A stretch of 64,000 bases of DNA from Leptolyngbyaceae cyanobacterium (GTDB lineage: Bacteria > Cyanobacteriota > Cyanobacteriia > Phormidesmidales > Phormidesmidaceae), in the NCBI GenBank assembly GCA_050331235.1, contig JBHJHA010000008.1, positions 1 to 64,000 of the forward strand, written 5' to 3'. Shown here piece by piece: positions 1 to 11,261 of the stretch. A program made the position numbers and the translations under genes. Position 1 is the first letter of the stretch, and every line of letters begins with the position of its first letter. A model generated the notes under the pieces. That model made no database searches and was not told the origin of the DNA. It saw nothing but the letters and a program-made list of their open reading frames with translations.

Positions 1-191
1 GCTCCCAAGCTTTGGTCATAACGGCGACGACCGTCATCGCGAGTGGCGATCGCCGCCTGACCCCCGAAACAGGAACAGGCTGTCCGGAAGCTGTGGGTAT
101 TGTCCCACGGCCATCCCGAACGGTTCACGCCCGAAGGGGTGGCCAAATCTTGGGTTTCCTGACCAACTACACCTAAAAAGGAACCCAAACC

Positions 192-467
192 GTGACATTT
201 CTCATACCCGAACAGCCCCTCGGCCCCGAGGCGGCACTGCTTCGCTTGGCCGAGCCCCCCTATGAGCCCGACGGCGAAGTGGTGCGCCACATTCTCATCG
301 GCTCCCCCGGGGGCATCCGCGAGACGATACATCTGATGCACATCAACCGCTATGCCGTGGAGCAGAGTTTGTGGACCGGCCCCGTAGCCATCGGCCAGGG
401 CGGCGTTAGGCTCAGCCGCCGCGAAGGGGAAACGCTAGCCTACCTCATGCGCCTGCGCGGGCTATAG
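192..467 (+). CDS. Small conserved cyanobacterial hypothetical protein (VRHILIGSP...IH.LH...Y type)
   Basis: 91-aa ORF with GTG start, AAGGA RBS upstream and terminator hairpin downstream; resembles a recurrent cyanobacterial small-protein family (from memory). Confidence 0.7.
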   Translation: MTFLIPEQPLGPEAALLRLAEPPYEPDGEVVRHILIGSPGGIRETIHLMHINRYAVEQSLWTGPVAIGQGGVRLSRREGETLAYLMRLRGL

Positions 468-478
468 CGCCAGACACC

Positions 479-509
479 AAAAAGCGCCTTCCGCACGGGG
501 GCGCTTTTT
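479..509. terminator. Intrinsic, likely bidirectional terminator
   Basis: AAAAAGCGCC-loop-GGCGCTTTTT inverted repeat just after the 192..467 stop. Confidence 0.8.
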
Positions 510-795
510 CACCGGCTCAAGCCCGTAGTCGGGCCATACCTGGTGTACGGCTCTGCAGCAGCACCGACAGCACTTTCGCCAAATCCCCGCCTAGCAGCGC
601 CGCCGGCCCTAGCCACAGCCCTGCAAACTGCCGCGATCGCAGCACCCCCGCTTCGCTGGCTTCCTGCAAGACGTACTGGGCCCCAAAACCAAAGACGCGC
701 TGCTGGCCGCAATCTCCACAATTCGCTCCGGGGCGCCAGCGACGGATGCTCCAAATCAGCAATAAACGAACTGCTTCGGTCTTACTCAAGAACGC

Positions 796-825
796 AAAAG
801 AGCGGCCCCGAAAGAGGCCGCTCTT
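796..825 (-). terminator. Intrinsic terminator of groEL
   Basis: AAGAGCGGCC-ccgaaaga-GGCCGCTCTT stem with a short U tract on the minus strand, just past the groEL stop. Confidence 0.8.
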
Positions 826-848
826 GAAGTTGAACTCAGGGTCTTGGC

Positions 849-2525
<1,677 letters not shown>

Positions 2526-2548
2526 CTATACTCTCTGCAAAAGCAACA

Positions 2549-2575
2549 TTAGCACTCTATAGAAATGAGTGCTAA
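2549..2575. promoter_or_regulatory. CIRCE element (HrcA operator)
   Basis: Perfect TTAGCACTC-N9-GAGTGCTAA about 30 bp upstream of the groEL start. Confidence 0.97.
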
Positions 2576-2817
2576 CGAGCTCAGAATATCGCTTGAGCCG
2601 ACCCGCCATAAGTCGCAATAACCGACCCTTCTTTCTGGTTGCTCTGGGCCATGACATGGCGACTTTGCCCGCAGCCATCCGTCGTCACGGGCGGGTACAG
2701 CTCAAAATACGCTAGCGGCTGCGATTCCCCAATGGCACACCGGACAGGCAAACGTGAATAAACGTAAGGGACACTGACCATAGCCAGTGTCCCATCTCGC
2801 CTACTCTGCCGAGCGGT

Positions 2818-4119
2818 TTAGAGTTCGCTGAGGACTTCGCGGGCTGCCGCGATCGTCTTGTCAATGTCCTCGTCGGTATGGGCCAAAGACGTAAAACCAG
2901 CTTCGTACTGGGACGGCGCGAGATAGACTCCGGCTTCTAGCATGCCCCGATGGAAGCGGCTGAACTTATCGGTGTCGGCGTGCTTGGCATCTTCGTAGCT
3001 GTGTACAGCAGTCTCTGTGAAGAACATGCCAAACATGGCGCTGATATTCCCCCCGGTCGCAGCATGGCCCGTGTCATGGGCCGCCTGTAGGAGGCCGGTA
3101 ATGAGCTTATGGGTGGTCGCTTCTAGCTGCTCGTAGGTGCCGGGGCGCTGCAAAATCTCTAAGGTTTTGATGCCCGCCGTCATCGCCAGCGGATTGCCCG
3201 ATAGGGTACCCGCCTGGTATACGGGACCGGCCGGGGCAATCATTTCCATAATGTCGCGGCGTCCCCCATAAGCTCCTACGGGCAGGCCACCGCCGATGAT
3301 TTTACCCAGCGTCGTCAAGTCAGGTGTGATGCCAAATTTTTCTTGGGCACCGCCGTAGGCGATCCGAAAGCCGGTCATCACTTCGTCAAACACGAGCAAC
3401 GAGTCAAACTCGCGGGTCATGTCGCGTAAACCCTGCAAAAAGCCCGCATCGGGAGTGACAAACCCGGAGTTGCCTACGACGGGTTCTAAGATGACGCCGG
3501 CGATTTCTCCGGGATTTTCTTCGAATAACTTTCTGACAGCATCGAGGTTGTTGTAAGGGGCGGTCAAGGTGCTTTGAGTTGCAGCCTTGGGGACTCCGGG
3601 AGAGTCGGGTAAACCGAGGGTCGCGACCCCGGAGCCCGCCTTCACCAAAAACATGTCGGCATGGCCGTGGTAGTTGCCTTCAAACTTGATGATTTTGTCG
3701 CGTCCGGTAAAGGCTCGCATGAGGCGTAAAACTGCCATACAGGCTTCCGTGCCAGAGTTCACAAACCGCACCATTTCAATGCTGGGAACGGCATCAATTA
3801 CCCTTTCAGCCAGCACATTTTCTAAATAGCAAGGAGCACCAAAGCTAGTCCCTTTTTCCAAGGCTAAGGAAAGCGCTTGCAGAACTTCGGGATGGGCATG
3901 GCCACAGATGGCTGGTCCCCAAGTGCCGACGTAGTCGATGTATTGGTTGTTGTCGACATCCCAGATGTAAGCACCCTTGACCCGGTCAAAGACGATGGGC
4001 TGACCACCTACCGACTTGAAGGCGCGAACGGGAGAGCTCACACCACCGGGCATGAGATCTTGAGCGGCGGTAAAAATTTCTTCTGACTTACTGGTTTTAA
4101 GTGGCGCTGTGCTGACCAA
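2818..4119 (-). CDS. hemL: Glutamate-1-semialdehyde 2,1-aminomutase
   Basis: [38 protein letters not shown]; start moved to TTG at 4119 with GAGG RBS (ORF track start 4194 is probably too long). Confidence 0.97.
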   Translation of the reverse strand: MVSTAPLKTSKSEEIFTAAQDLMPGGVSSPVRAFKSVGGQPIVFDRVKGAYIWDVDNNQYIDYVGTWGPAICGHAHPEVLQALSLALEKGTSFGAPCYLENVLAERVIDAVPSIEMVRFVNSGTEACMAVLRLMRAFTGRDKIIKFEGNYHGHADMFLVKAGSGVATLGLPDSPGVPKAATQSTLTAPYNNLDAVRKLFEENPGEIAGVILEPVVGNSGFVTPDAGFLQGLRDMTREFDSLLVFDEVMTGFRIAYGGAQEKFGITPDLTTLGKIIGGGLPVGAYGGRRDIMEMIAPAGPVYQAGTLSGNPLAMTAGIKTLEILQRPGTYEQLEATTHKLITGLLQAAHDTGHAATGGNISAMFGMFFTETAVHSYEDAKHADTDKFSRFHRGMLEAGVYLAPSQYEAGFTSLAHTDEDIDKTIAAAREVLSEL

Positions 4120-4293
4120 AGCTTCTATCCTCTTAATATTCCTTTCAAAAGTCGGCTGAGTGGAGCGATCGTCCACCCTATGACCGGTTTGCAAAGTGAC
4201 TGTTTTATATCCTATCGATCGCGTCCCCTAGATTTCCGCCATGTCAACAAGTATTAAGAATTTTGTGGCTAAGTTGAGGGGACTCAAAAATAT

Positions 4294-5262
4294 TCAGGAC
4301 CACAGGCTTTGTTGCGCCGCCGCGGCATTTCGTCGCCACATTGCAGGTTTAATGCGGCGCAGGGCTGAGGCTGGAAACCGGCGGTTCCACTCCACGTCAT
4401 CCAGGGCTGCTAAATCCGTTAGTCGCGGGGCTACGTTGTCAGGATAAGGATGGAAATCTGCCACATCAGTTTCCTGGGCAAAGCGTTGATTCCAGGGACA
4501 GACATCTTGGCAAATGTCGCAGCCTGCCACCCACCCCGCTAGATTTTCGACAATTGCGGGGGGCAAGGTCGAATCGCGATTTTCGATCGTATGGTAAGCG
4601 ATGCAGCGATTGGCATCGACCACCGCCGGGGAAACAATTGCGTTGGTAGGGCAAGCCTCGAGACAGCGGGTACAGGTGCCGCAGTGGGCCGTGTGGGGGC
4701 GATCGCTAGGCAACTCAAGATTGGTAATCACCTCGCCTAAAAAAAGCCAAGACCCGTAGCTGCGGCTGATGACATTGCCGTTTTTGGCAATCCACCCAAG
4801 GCCCGCTCGTTGCGCCCAGAATTTATCTGAAATCGGCCCTGTATCTGCATAAAACCGAGTTTGAATGGCTGTATGGTGCGATCGCAGCCACGCTGATAAG
4901 GTCTGTAACTTTTTGTGCATTACCCGATGGTAATCCCGCCCCCAACCGTAACGGGCAATCTTGCCATGATGGGCATCGTCGGGCCGCTGGTGCGATGTGT
5001 AATAGTTCAGCGCCACACAAATTACAGAGCGAGCCGTCGGCATCACCTGGGTAATGTCTTGCCGCTTTGGATTGTCCATCCAGGCCATATCAGCCTGGTA
5101 GCCCTGGTCTAGCCACCGCTGTAATGCCTCGTTGCGCTGGGCGATCGCGGCCTGACTGACATCAATACGAGCAATTCCCACCTGGTGAAAGCCAATGGCC
5201 TCAGCCTGTTGCCGGATATCCTCGATTTCAATGCTGGGCAAAGTTTCTTGCTGTTCGCTCAC
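4294..5262 (-). CDS. queG: tRNA epoxyqueuosine(34) reductase
   Basis: ARYGWGRDYH, AGLGWIAKN, CGTCTRCLEACPT and GCDICQDVCPWN Fe-S motifs. Confidence 0.95.
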   Translation of the reverse strand: MSEQQETLPSIEIEDIRQQAEAIGFHQVGIARIDVSQAAIAQRNEALQRWLDQGYQADMAWMDNPKRQDITQVMPTARSVICVALNYYTSHQRPDDAHHGKIARYGWGRDYHRVMHKKLQTLSAWLRSHHTAIQTRFYADTGPISDKFWAQRAGLGWIAKNGNVISRSYGSWLFLGEVITNLELPSDRPHTAHCGTCTRCLEACPTNAIVSPAVVDANRCIAYHTIENRDSTLPPAIVENLAGWVAGCDICQDVCPWNQRFAQETDVADFHPYPDNVAPRLTDLAALDDVEWNRRFPASALRRIKPAMWRRNAAAAQQSLWS

Positions 5263-5448
5263 CGTGGTTATCGCCCTCAGTCACTTCCCTTGCTGAGCGG
5301 CTAACGCTGAGGGATAGGTCCGCCCATTGCTCCCAAGGGGCTGAGCCGGTATCATTGGCTGAAAATGACACTGCTCAAACCGACACCATTGAAACTGATT
5401 GGCGGCTCCGCAACGAAGGCCGCAGAAACCTTAGCTCTGACAGCCGCG

Positions 5449-5835
5449 TTAAACGGCGACAAACAGGTTTTGGACATCCGCCTCGCAGGAAACCCAGCGG
5501 GTCTCGACCCGAATGGCTCCCTCGACTTGCTGCGCTAACTCGGTCAACTTGGCCAGCATCGCTGGGTCAGTCACCATCCCCTGCAGGATGACTACCCGCC
5601 CCCGCTGACTCACGGTCAAATGTTCGAGCTGCGAAGCTGTAAAGTAACGACTAAACGTAGCCTCCACACGCTTCTGCAAACCGTAGTAGTCGTACTCGCC
5701 GTTCAACCCTACCCGCTCCGGTGGCGTTGACTGAAACCACGCTGGAAAAGCATTAATCTGCTTAAAATTCCCAAACATGTTAACGGGGACAAAGGAGCCC
5801 GCACATGCAACCGGTCCGTTTTGATAGATACCCAT
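5449..5835 (-). CDS. BON-domain (phospholipid-binding) protein
   Basis: PPERVGLNGEYDYYGLQKRV and VSQRGRVVILQGMV...VEGAIRVET pattern of cyanobacterial BON proteins; start could be GTG 5856. Confidence 0.75.
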   Translation of the reverse strand: MGIYQNGPVACAGSFVPVNMFGNFKQINAFPAWFQSTPPERVGLNGEYDYYGLQKRVEATFSRYFTASQLEHLTVSQRGRVVILQGMVTDPAMLAKLTELAQQVEGAIRVETRWVSCEADVQNLFVAV

Positions 5836-6097
5836 GTTTTGCCACCTAGCAACCACCTGACACCGCGTAAACCTATCTGACCCGCCAGAGACTTTGCGTA
5901 GATACCCTTAGGCTTATCGCTAGAATACCCGGAAACAAAGACTGTGAACAGCGTCAAACACACAAAAGTTTACGCCAAATTAATTGAAAATTTACAAACT
6001 AACGATTGAGTTAACACTGAGTTAACGATACTGACTGGACGCCTGCCTCTACCTGAGGGGGGAAGTGCTCGACTAGGGGCAGTCTCTGGTTGCGGCT

Positions 6098-6577
6098 CTA
6101 GTCAGCCGCAAGGAGTACCACCGCGTAGGCGGCGATCCCTTCTTCTCGTCCGGTGGGGCCTAATTTCTCATTGGTTGTCGCTTTGACACCAACTTGATCA
6201 GGCGCAACATCCAGCACTTGGGCTAATGTGCTGCGCATCTTTTCGATGTGGGGCTTTAACTTGGGGCGTTCAGCAATGACAACGCTATCGACATTGACGA
6301 TGGCCCAGTCGCGATCGCGCACCATTTGGTAGACCTGTGCCAGCAGCTGCAAGCTATCTGCACCCGCCCACTGGGGATCACTTGGCGGAAAATAAGTGCC
6401 GAGATCTCCCAGACTCAATGCCCCTAATAAGGCATCAGTAATTGCGTGGGTAAGCACATCAGCATCACTGTGGCCGAGTAAGCCCTTGTGATGAGGGATC
6501 GGAACGCCCCCCAAAATTAGCGGGCGCTCTTCGACGAGGCGATGGATGTCGTAGCCGTTGCCTATCCGTATGTTCAT
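6098..6577 (-). CDS. ispF: 2-C-methyl-D-erythritol 2,4-cyclodiphosphate synthase
   Basis: [30 protein letters not shown]. Confidence 0.97.
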   Translation of the reverse strand: MNIRIGNGYDIHRLVEERPLILGGVPIPHHKGLLGHSDADVLTHAITDALLGALSLGDLGTYFPPSDPQWAGADSLQLLAQVYQMVRDRDWAIVNVDSVVIAERPKLKPHIEKMRSTLAQVLDVAPDQVGVKATTNEKLGPTGREEGIAAYAVVLLAAD

Positions 6578-6690
6578 ATGAGTATGGTAGCAAATTTACG
6601 GAGCACTTAAGTGTTTATCGCCATGAAAATGGCTTTTTGATGACTGCTTGACACCGGTGGGAGGGCTGAGAGCAGGGCTCCTCCGTACTC

Positions 6691-7416
6691 CTACTGAGGC
6701 TCTTGGTCATGATCTCGGTTTTGCCAAGTTTTGTAAAGGTCGGGGCGACGCTGCTGTGTTCGCGCGATTTGTTGCTCTCGTCGCCATTGGGCGATCGCCC
6801 CGTGGTTGCCCGAGCGCAACACCTCCGGCACCGACCAACCGCGAAACTCCGCTGGTCGGGTGTATTGCGGATAATCCAGTAAGCCAGCTTCGAAGCTTTC
6901 GAATTTGAGGGAATCGGTCTTGCCCACAGTGCCCGGCCGGAGGCGCACGACGCCGTTGATCAGCGTCAAGGCCGGGATTTCACCACAGGTCAAGACAAAG
7001 TCGCCGAGGGAAACTTCGCGATCGACCAGATTCAGCACTCGTTCGTCAACGCCTTCGTAGTGCCCACAGATCACCACAATTTGATCAAGGCTGGTTGCTA
7101 GTTCTTTAAATAACGGCTGGGCCATCGTCTCGCCCTGGGGCGTCATTAACATCACTTCGCGCCGGGGGTGCCGGGGCAAAGATTCCACTGCGGCAAAGAT
7201 CGGCTCAGGCTTCATCAGCATGCCGACCCCGCCGCCATAGGGCTCATCATCTACCTTGTGGTGCTTATCAGTGGTGAAATCGCGGGGGTTGGTCAACTGG
7301 ATATCGGCAATGCCTCGGTCGATGGCCTTGCCTAAAAGGCCCGATTGCAATGGCGACGCAAAAAAGTCTGGGAATAGCGTCACTACGTCAAATCTGAGGC
7401 GAGACTCCAAATTCAT
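6691..7416 (-). CDS. trmD: tRNA (guanine37-N1)-methyltransferase
   Basis: VDDEPYGGGVGM, ICGHYEGVDERV, SLGDFVLTCGE, YPQYTRP. Confidence 0.97.
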   Translation of the reverse strand: MNLESRLRFDVVTLFPDFFASPLQSGLLGKAIDRGIADIQLTNPRDFTTDKHHKVDDEPYGGGVGMLMKPEPIFAAVESLPRHPRREVMLMTPQGETMAQPLFKELATSLDQIVVICGHYEGVDERVLNLVDREVSLGDFVLTCGEIPALTLINGVVRLRPGTVGKTDSLKFESFEAGLLDYPQYTRPAEFRGWSVPEVLRSGNHGAIAQWRREQQIARTQQRRPDLYKTWQNRDHDQEPQ

Positions 7417-7653
7417 AGCAGCAATCTTTGAACGGTAGGGACGGGCAGTGAGGACTCGGCGAGCGATGCCTACTGTAATGCAGCCTGTAACGCAGCGGTT
7501 TGGCGGTGCAGGGGCGATGGACTGTGCTAAGGCGATAGGGACGCGATCGCCACGGCAGGCAGTTCCGACTTATGGTAAACCGTCAACACTCCTGAAGCGG
7601 CAAAAAGCCATTAGGTTAAAGCTGCATCCCTGGGCCAATTTGTACCATCGAGG

Positions 7654-8538
7654 TTGATCTGCGTGCTTCGTTCTACTTCTGCTCTCATTATCGGATTCGT
7701 CCTGCTGTGGAATTCGGGGTTTATTGGTGCTGAGTATGGGCTGCCCTATGCCCCTCCCTTTACGCTCCTGTTTTGGCGGTACTGGGTGCTGACTCTGGTG
7801 CTGTTTGCCTATCTGGCCTATCAGCGGCAACTGCGCTGGCCTCCGGACAAACAGGCCAGGCAAGCTATCTTGACAGGGATTTTGGCTCACGGGGTTTGGC
7901 TCAGCTGCGTTTTAGTGGCCATTCAGCAAGACGTTCCCGCTGGCGTGGTGGCCCTGGTAGTGGCGTTACAACCGTTGGCTACGGGTGCCTTTTCGGGCTT
8001 GGTTGTGGGGGAATATCCGCGATTGTCTCAGTGGTTAGGGCTGATTATCGCCTTTGGCGGCGTTGCCCTCATCGTTTTAGTCAGAATGGATTTGTCAAAC
8101 ATCAGCTCGGACCTGGCCTATTTACTGCCCCTGGTATCCGTGATCGCCATTACCATAGCTAGCTTGATCCAGCGAGCGGCGGCGGTGCATCAGACTCGAC
8201 CCCAGCTACCGTTGGACCAGCTAATGTTTTGGCAGTGTTTGGGGACGGCTGTTTGGGTCAGCTTTCCCGCTATTGTGAACGAAAAATTGGCGACTGAGTG
8301 GAACTGGGCATTCACTGGCGCGTTGCTGTGGTTGATTTTCGTGGTTTCACTGGGGGCCTATAGTCTGATGTGGCTGCTGATCAAGCGGTTGGATGCGACC
8401 AAAGTGGCCAGCCTGTTTTATCTTGGTCCCCCGGTCACGATGATCATGGCTTGGGCGGCCTTTGGCGACGTGCCGCAACCGATTGACTACGTTGGCATGG
8501 TAATCGTTGCGGGCGGTGTCGTTCTCGCTCAGCGGTAA
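7654..8538 (+). CDS. DMT/EamA family transporter
   Basis: About 10 hydrophobic segments; LLWNSGFI, ALQPLAT, ASLFYLGPP motifs; exact start uncertain. Confidence 0.88.
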   Translation: MICVLRSTSALIIGFVLLWNSGFIGAEYGLPYAPPFTLLFWRYWVLTLVLFAYLAYQRQLRWPPDKQARQAILTGILAHGVWLSCVLVAIQQDVPAGVVALVVALQPLATGAFSGLVVGEYPRLSQWLGLIIAFGGVALIVLVRMDLSNISSDLAYLLPLVSVIAITIASLIQRAAAVHQTRPQLPLDQLMFWQCLGTAVWVSFPAIVNEKLATEWNWAFTGALLWLIFVVSLGAYSLMWLLIKRLDATKVASLFYLGPPVTMIMAWAAFGDVPQPIDYVGMVIVAGGVVLAQR

Positions 8539-8549
8539 CCGTTCCTGAT

Positions 8550-9599
8550 TTATGACTCGTCCGTTAGGGCCATTAGCCTCTGTAGCCGATTGAGGATGCG
8601 CCGCCGTTGCTCAGGGTTGTCAATGATTTCGGCGATCGCGATCGCTTCTTCGTAGGCGATTTGCGCTTCTGCGTAATCCCCCTGCTGCTCGGCCAACAGT
8701 CCAGTGGCGACCGCTAAGCCTAATTGTTGATCTGGCGGGGCCATAAGCGGGGTCGCCGCCGCTCGTTCGCTAACGTAAAACTGTAGTCCGACCAAATCAT
8801 TTGCATCGGCGGCGATCGCAATAATGCCATCTAGCGCCTTCTGTAACGTTGGCACATCACTGGCACTCATGGCTGCCGTTCGCGCAGTGCTAAAGGCCTC
8901 TAGGGCCGCTTCAGTTTGACCAAGCTGTCGATAGATCGTGCCAAGGTTGTTGGATGAGCGGGCAAAACCAACGGTATCGCCCGCCTGCGCCCGATAATCC
9001 GCCGCCGCCATATGATAAGTCTGAGCCGAGGCCAAATCTCCAGACTGGCGAGCTTCTAGCCCCAAATTGCTCAGCGACAGGCCCATTAGCGCCGCATCGC
9101 CCAAGGCTTCAGAGCGCTCCAGAGCAGCGGTAAAGGTCGCTTGAGCAGCGGTTAACTGCCCTTGGTGCAAGTAAACGGTGCCCAGATTGTTGAGGGCATA
9201 TCCCTGGGCTTCGATATCCCCTTGCTCGCGGGCTAAGGCTAGCTGATGCTGAATCGCGGCGATCGCTTCTGGGTAGCGTTCTGCCACTACCAGGGTTGCG
9301 GCTAACGCCGCCGCTGTTGACTGCATCCCCGCCGGATGGGACCAAGTGCTATAGATTTCGAAGGCCCGTTGCCAAGCTGCAATCGCCCGCTCAGTTTGTC
9401 CGAGCGCTGACTGTCGCTCGGCGTAGGTCACCAACCGTTCAGCTTGATTGAGCGATCGCGATCGCTCAAAATGATGACGCTGAATCATCAGCTGTTGGTC
9501 AATGGAAGGAGTCGACTGCGCGACCGCTGGCGCAATGGCGATCGCCGTTGCGCCTAAACCGATGCACAGCCCGACTGCGCGAGCAAATACAACAGACAT
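8550..9599 (-). CDS. Exported tetratricopeptide-repeat protein
   Basis: Signal-like N-terminus ending AVA-Q; repeated ALNNLG/SLSNLG/SSNNLG TPR motifs. Confidence 0.85.
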   Translation of the reverse strand: MSVVFARAVGLCIGLGATAIAIAPAVAQSTPSIDQQLMIQRHHFERSRSLNQAERLVTYAERQSALGQTERAIAAWQRAFEIYSTWSHPAGMQSTAAALAATLVVAERYPEAIAAIQHQLALAREQGDIEAQGYALNNLGTVYLHQGQLTAAQATFTAALERSEALGDAALMGLSLSNLGLEARQSGDLASAQTYHMAAADYRAQAGDTVGFARSSNNLGTIYRQLGQTEAALEAFSTARTAAMSASDVPTLQKALDGIIAIAADANDLVGLQFYVSERAAATPLMAPPDQQLGLAVATGLLAEQQGDYAEAQIAYEEAIAIAEIIDNPEQRRRILNRLQRLMALTDES

Positions 9600-9623
9600 A
9601 GCAACCTCAATGACAAAAATCGA

Positions 9624-10337
9624 CTAACCGACAAGATTTTCTGGCATCGGCACCGATGCCACCATGTCAGGTAATGCCGCATCAGAGTCGTTAGCCTCAG
9701 CTAGCGTCCCTAAGTAAAGGGCGCGGATATCTTCGGGTAATGCGGCTTCCAGGCTTTGACTTGCCTGGCGCAACCGCACCGCTACCTCCGCGGGCTTGAC
9801 GCGCTCACCCTCAGCCTGTAGATAGGCTGCAATTCGGGTGTCGCTCCAGCGAAACGTTTGGGCCATTACCAAAATCAATCGCTCCAGCGGGTCAAGCCGA
9901 TCTAAAGAACGCTCGACATAGCACCACAGTGGGGGCGAAGCTTGGGCTAGGGAATAGTGAATTTCTTCCACCTCCGGCAGGGTGGCTTGGTTGATGCAGA
10001 GGGCCGTCACATTGATCAGCCAGCTTTGTAAAGACAGCGATCGCCCCTGCTCAGTTTCACTCTGGACGGCAGATTCGGTAGCGCCTAAATCCAATCCGCC
10101 CAACTCATTTAAAATATGCCGCCAGGTCAGGGCAAACAAATATTCTGCCTGCACGGGCGATCGCGCGGAATGGGTAATTAAGCTAAAAACCACGGGACTA
10201 TATCGACAGAAGATCGCCGTAAAGTAGCGACCGGCCTCGGGTTCAGCCTTAAACCGCTCCAGCAACTCGCGATCGCTCAGATGCCCAAGTTGTTGGATGA
10301 TGGCGTGATTGCATTCAGGGAAACTGGGAATTTGCAC
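9624..10337 (-). CDS. Sigma-70 family (ECF-like) protein conserved in cyanobacteria
   Basis: YFTAIFCRY, SLQSWLINVTA region-2-like segment and LDRLDPLERLIL...IAAYL region-4-like HTH. Confidence 0.7.
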   Translation of the reverse strand: MQIPSFPECNHAIIQQLGHLSDRELLERFKAEPEAGRYFTAIFCRYSPVVFSLITHSARSPVQAEYLFALTWRHILNELGGLDLGATESAVQSETEQGRSLSLQSWLINVTALCINQATLPEVEEIHYSLAQASPPLWCYVERSLDRLDPLERLILVMAQTFRWSDTRIAAYLQAEGERVKPAEVAVRLRQASQSLEAALPEDIRALYLGTLAEANDSDAALPDMVASVPMPENLVG

Positions 10338-10477
10338 GATTCGGGGGGATCGAAGAAAAAAACTGTCGATTAATTGCTCCTACTATAACCATAGTTTTCC
10401 AAGTAACACCGATTTTTTACAAAATCCCGCATCTCCGGTTGGCCTCTTGATCCCGGTAATGGCCATCTTCTGCGGCA

Positions 10478-11185
10478 ATGGCAATCGCCAATATCGATAA
10501 AGTTAGCGAGAAAATATGGATACTCCTGACACAAAATCCTCGATTGGCGATCGAAGACATCGTTATATTAGTGAATACTAATGACAGACAGTTGGTGACA
10601 GACAGTTTGGTGAGTAGTTTAGTCGTGTTGTGGAATAGTTTGCTGCCGTTGCCCCTGGGGCTCGGGCTGCCATTCGATATTTTGTCGACTCAGGGCATCA
10701 TGGTGCTGCTGCTGGTGGGCTATGCCGGGGCCATGTGGATGTTTTTGAGCAGTGCCCCCAAGGTTCACACCATCATGGTGTCTGACCTGGAGATGGCGCG
10801 CCGTTTTTATGAAGGGATGCTGCAGTTGCAGACGGCCGATGTGCCTTTGCACTACTACTACAACTATGAGCAGACGCTGGGGGGCACCACCATTGACCCG
10901 ATGTTTTCGCCGAGCATGTCAGCAACGGCCCCAACCTACAATACCCCCGACGGTCTGTGGTATCAGCTCAAAAAAAATACCCAACTCCACGTGATTGGGG
11001 GAGCCAGTCGCGGCCACCGCGATCGCCAGCGGCATGTCTGCTTTGACCACGACTGTTTAGAACTGATCCTCATGCGGGTGCAGACGCGAGGCGTGCGCCA
11101 CAAGATCCGCCGCGATACGCCCCTCAACTTTTTGGTCAAAGACTACCAGGGCGAAGTCATTGAGATGGCGGAAATTTCGAGCTAG
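10478..11185 (+). CDS. Membrane-anchored glyoxalase/VOC-like domain protein
   Basis: TM segment then VHTIMVSDLEMARRFYEG, QLHVI, HVCF, DYQGEVIEMAE; real start probably about 110-130 nt downstream of 10478. Confidence 0.75.
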   Translation: MAIANIDKVSEKIWILLTQNPRLAIEDIVILVNTNDRQLVTDSLVSSLVVLWNSLLPLPLGLGLPFDILSTQGIMVLLLVGYAGAMWMFLSSAPKVHTIMVSDLEMARRFYEGMLQLQTADVPLHYYYNYEQTLGGTTIDPMFSPSMSATAPTYNTPDGLWYQLKKNTQLHVIGGASRGHRDRQRHVCFDHDCLELILMRVQTRGVRHKIRRDTPLNFLVKDYQGEVIEMAEISS

Positions 11186-11261
11186 CCAATGCCAGAAGCT
11201 CAAGGTCTACTAATTAAGCAGTTCCCCCAGTGCACTCCAAGTAAGCTAAAGATTAAGCCAG

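Noticed and set aside
509..827. Overlapping short ORFs between the two terminators (517..789, 509..754, 543..827)
   Set aside because: No recognisable domain or clear RBS; cannot tell a real gene or remnant from chance ORFs
6098..7416. Possible trmD-ispF fusion
   Set aside because: trmD has its own stop and ispF its own ATG over 100 bp later; ordinary adjacent genes
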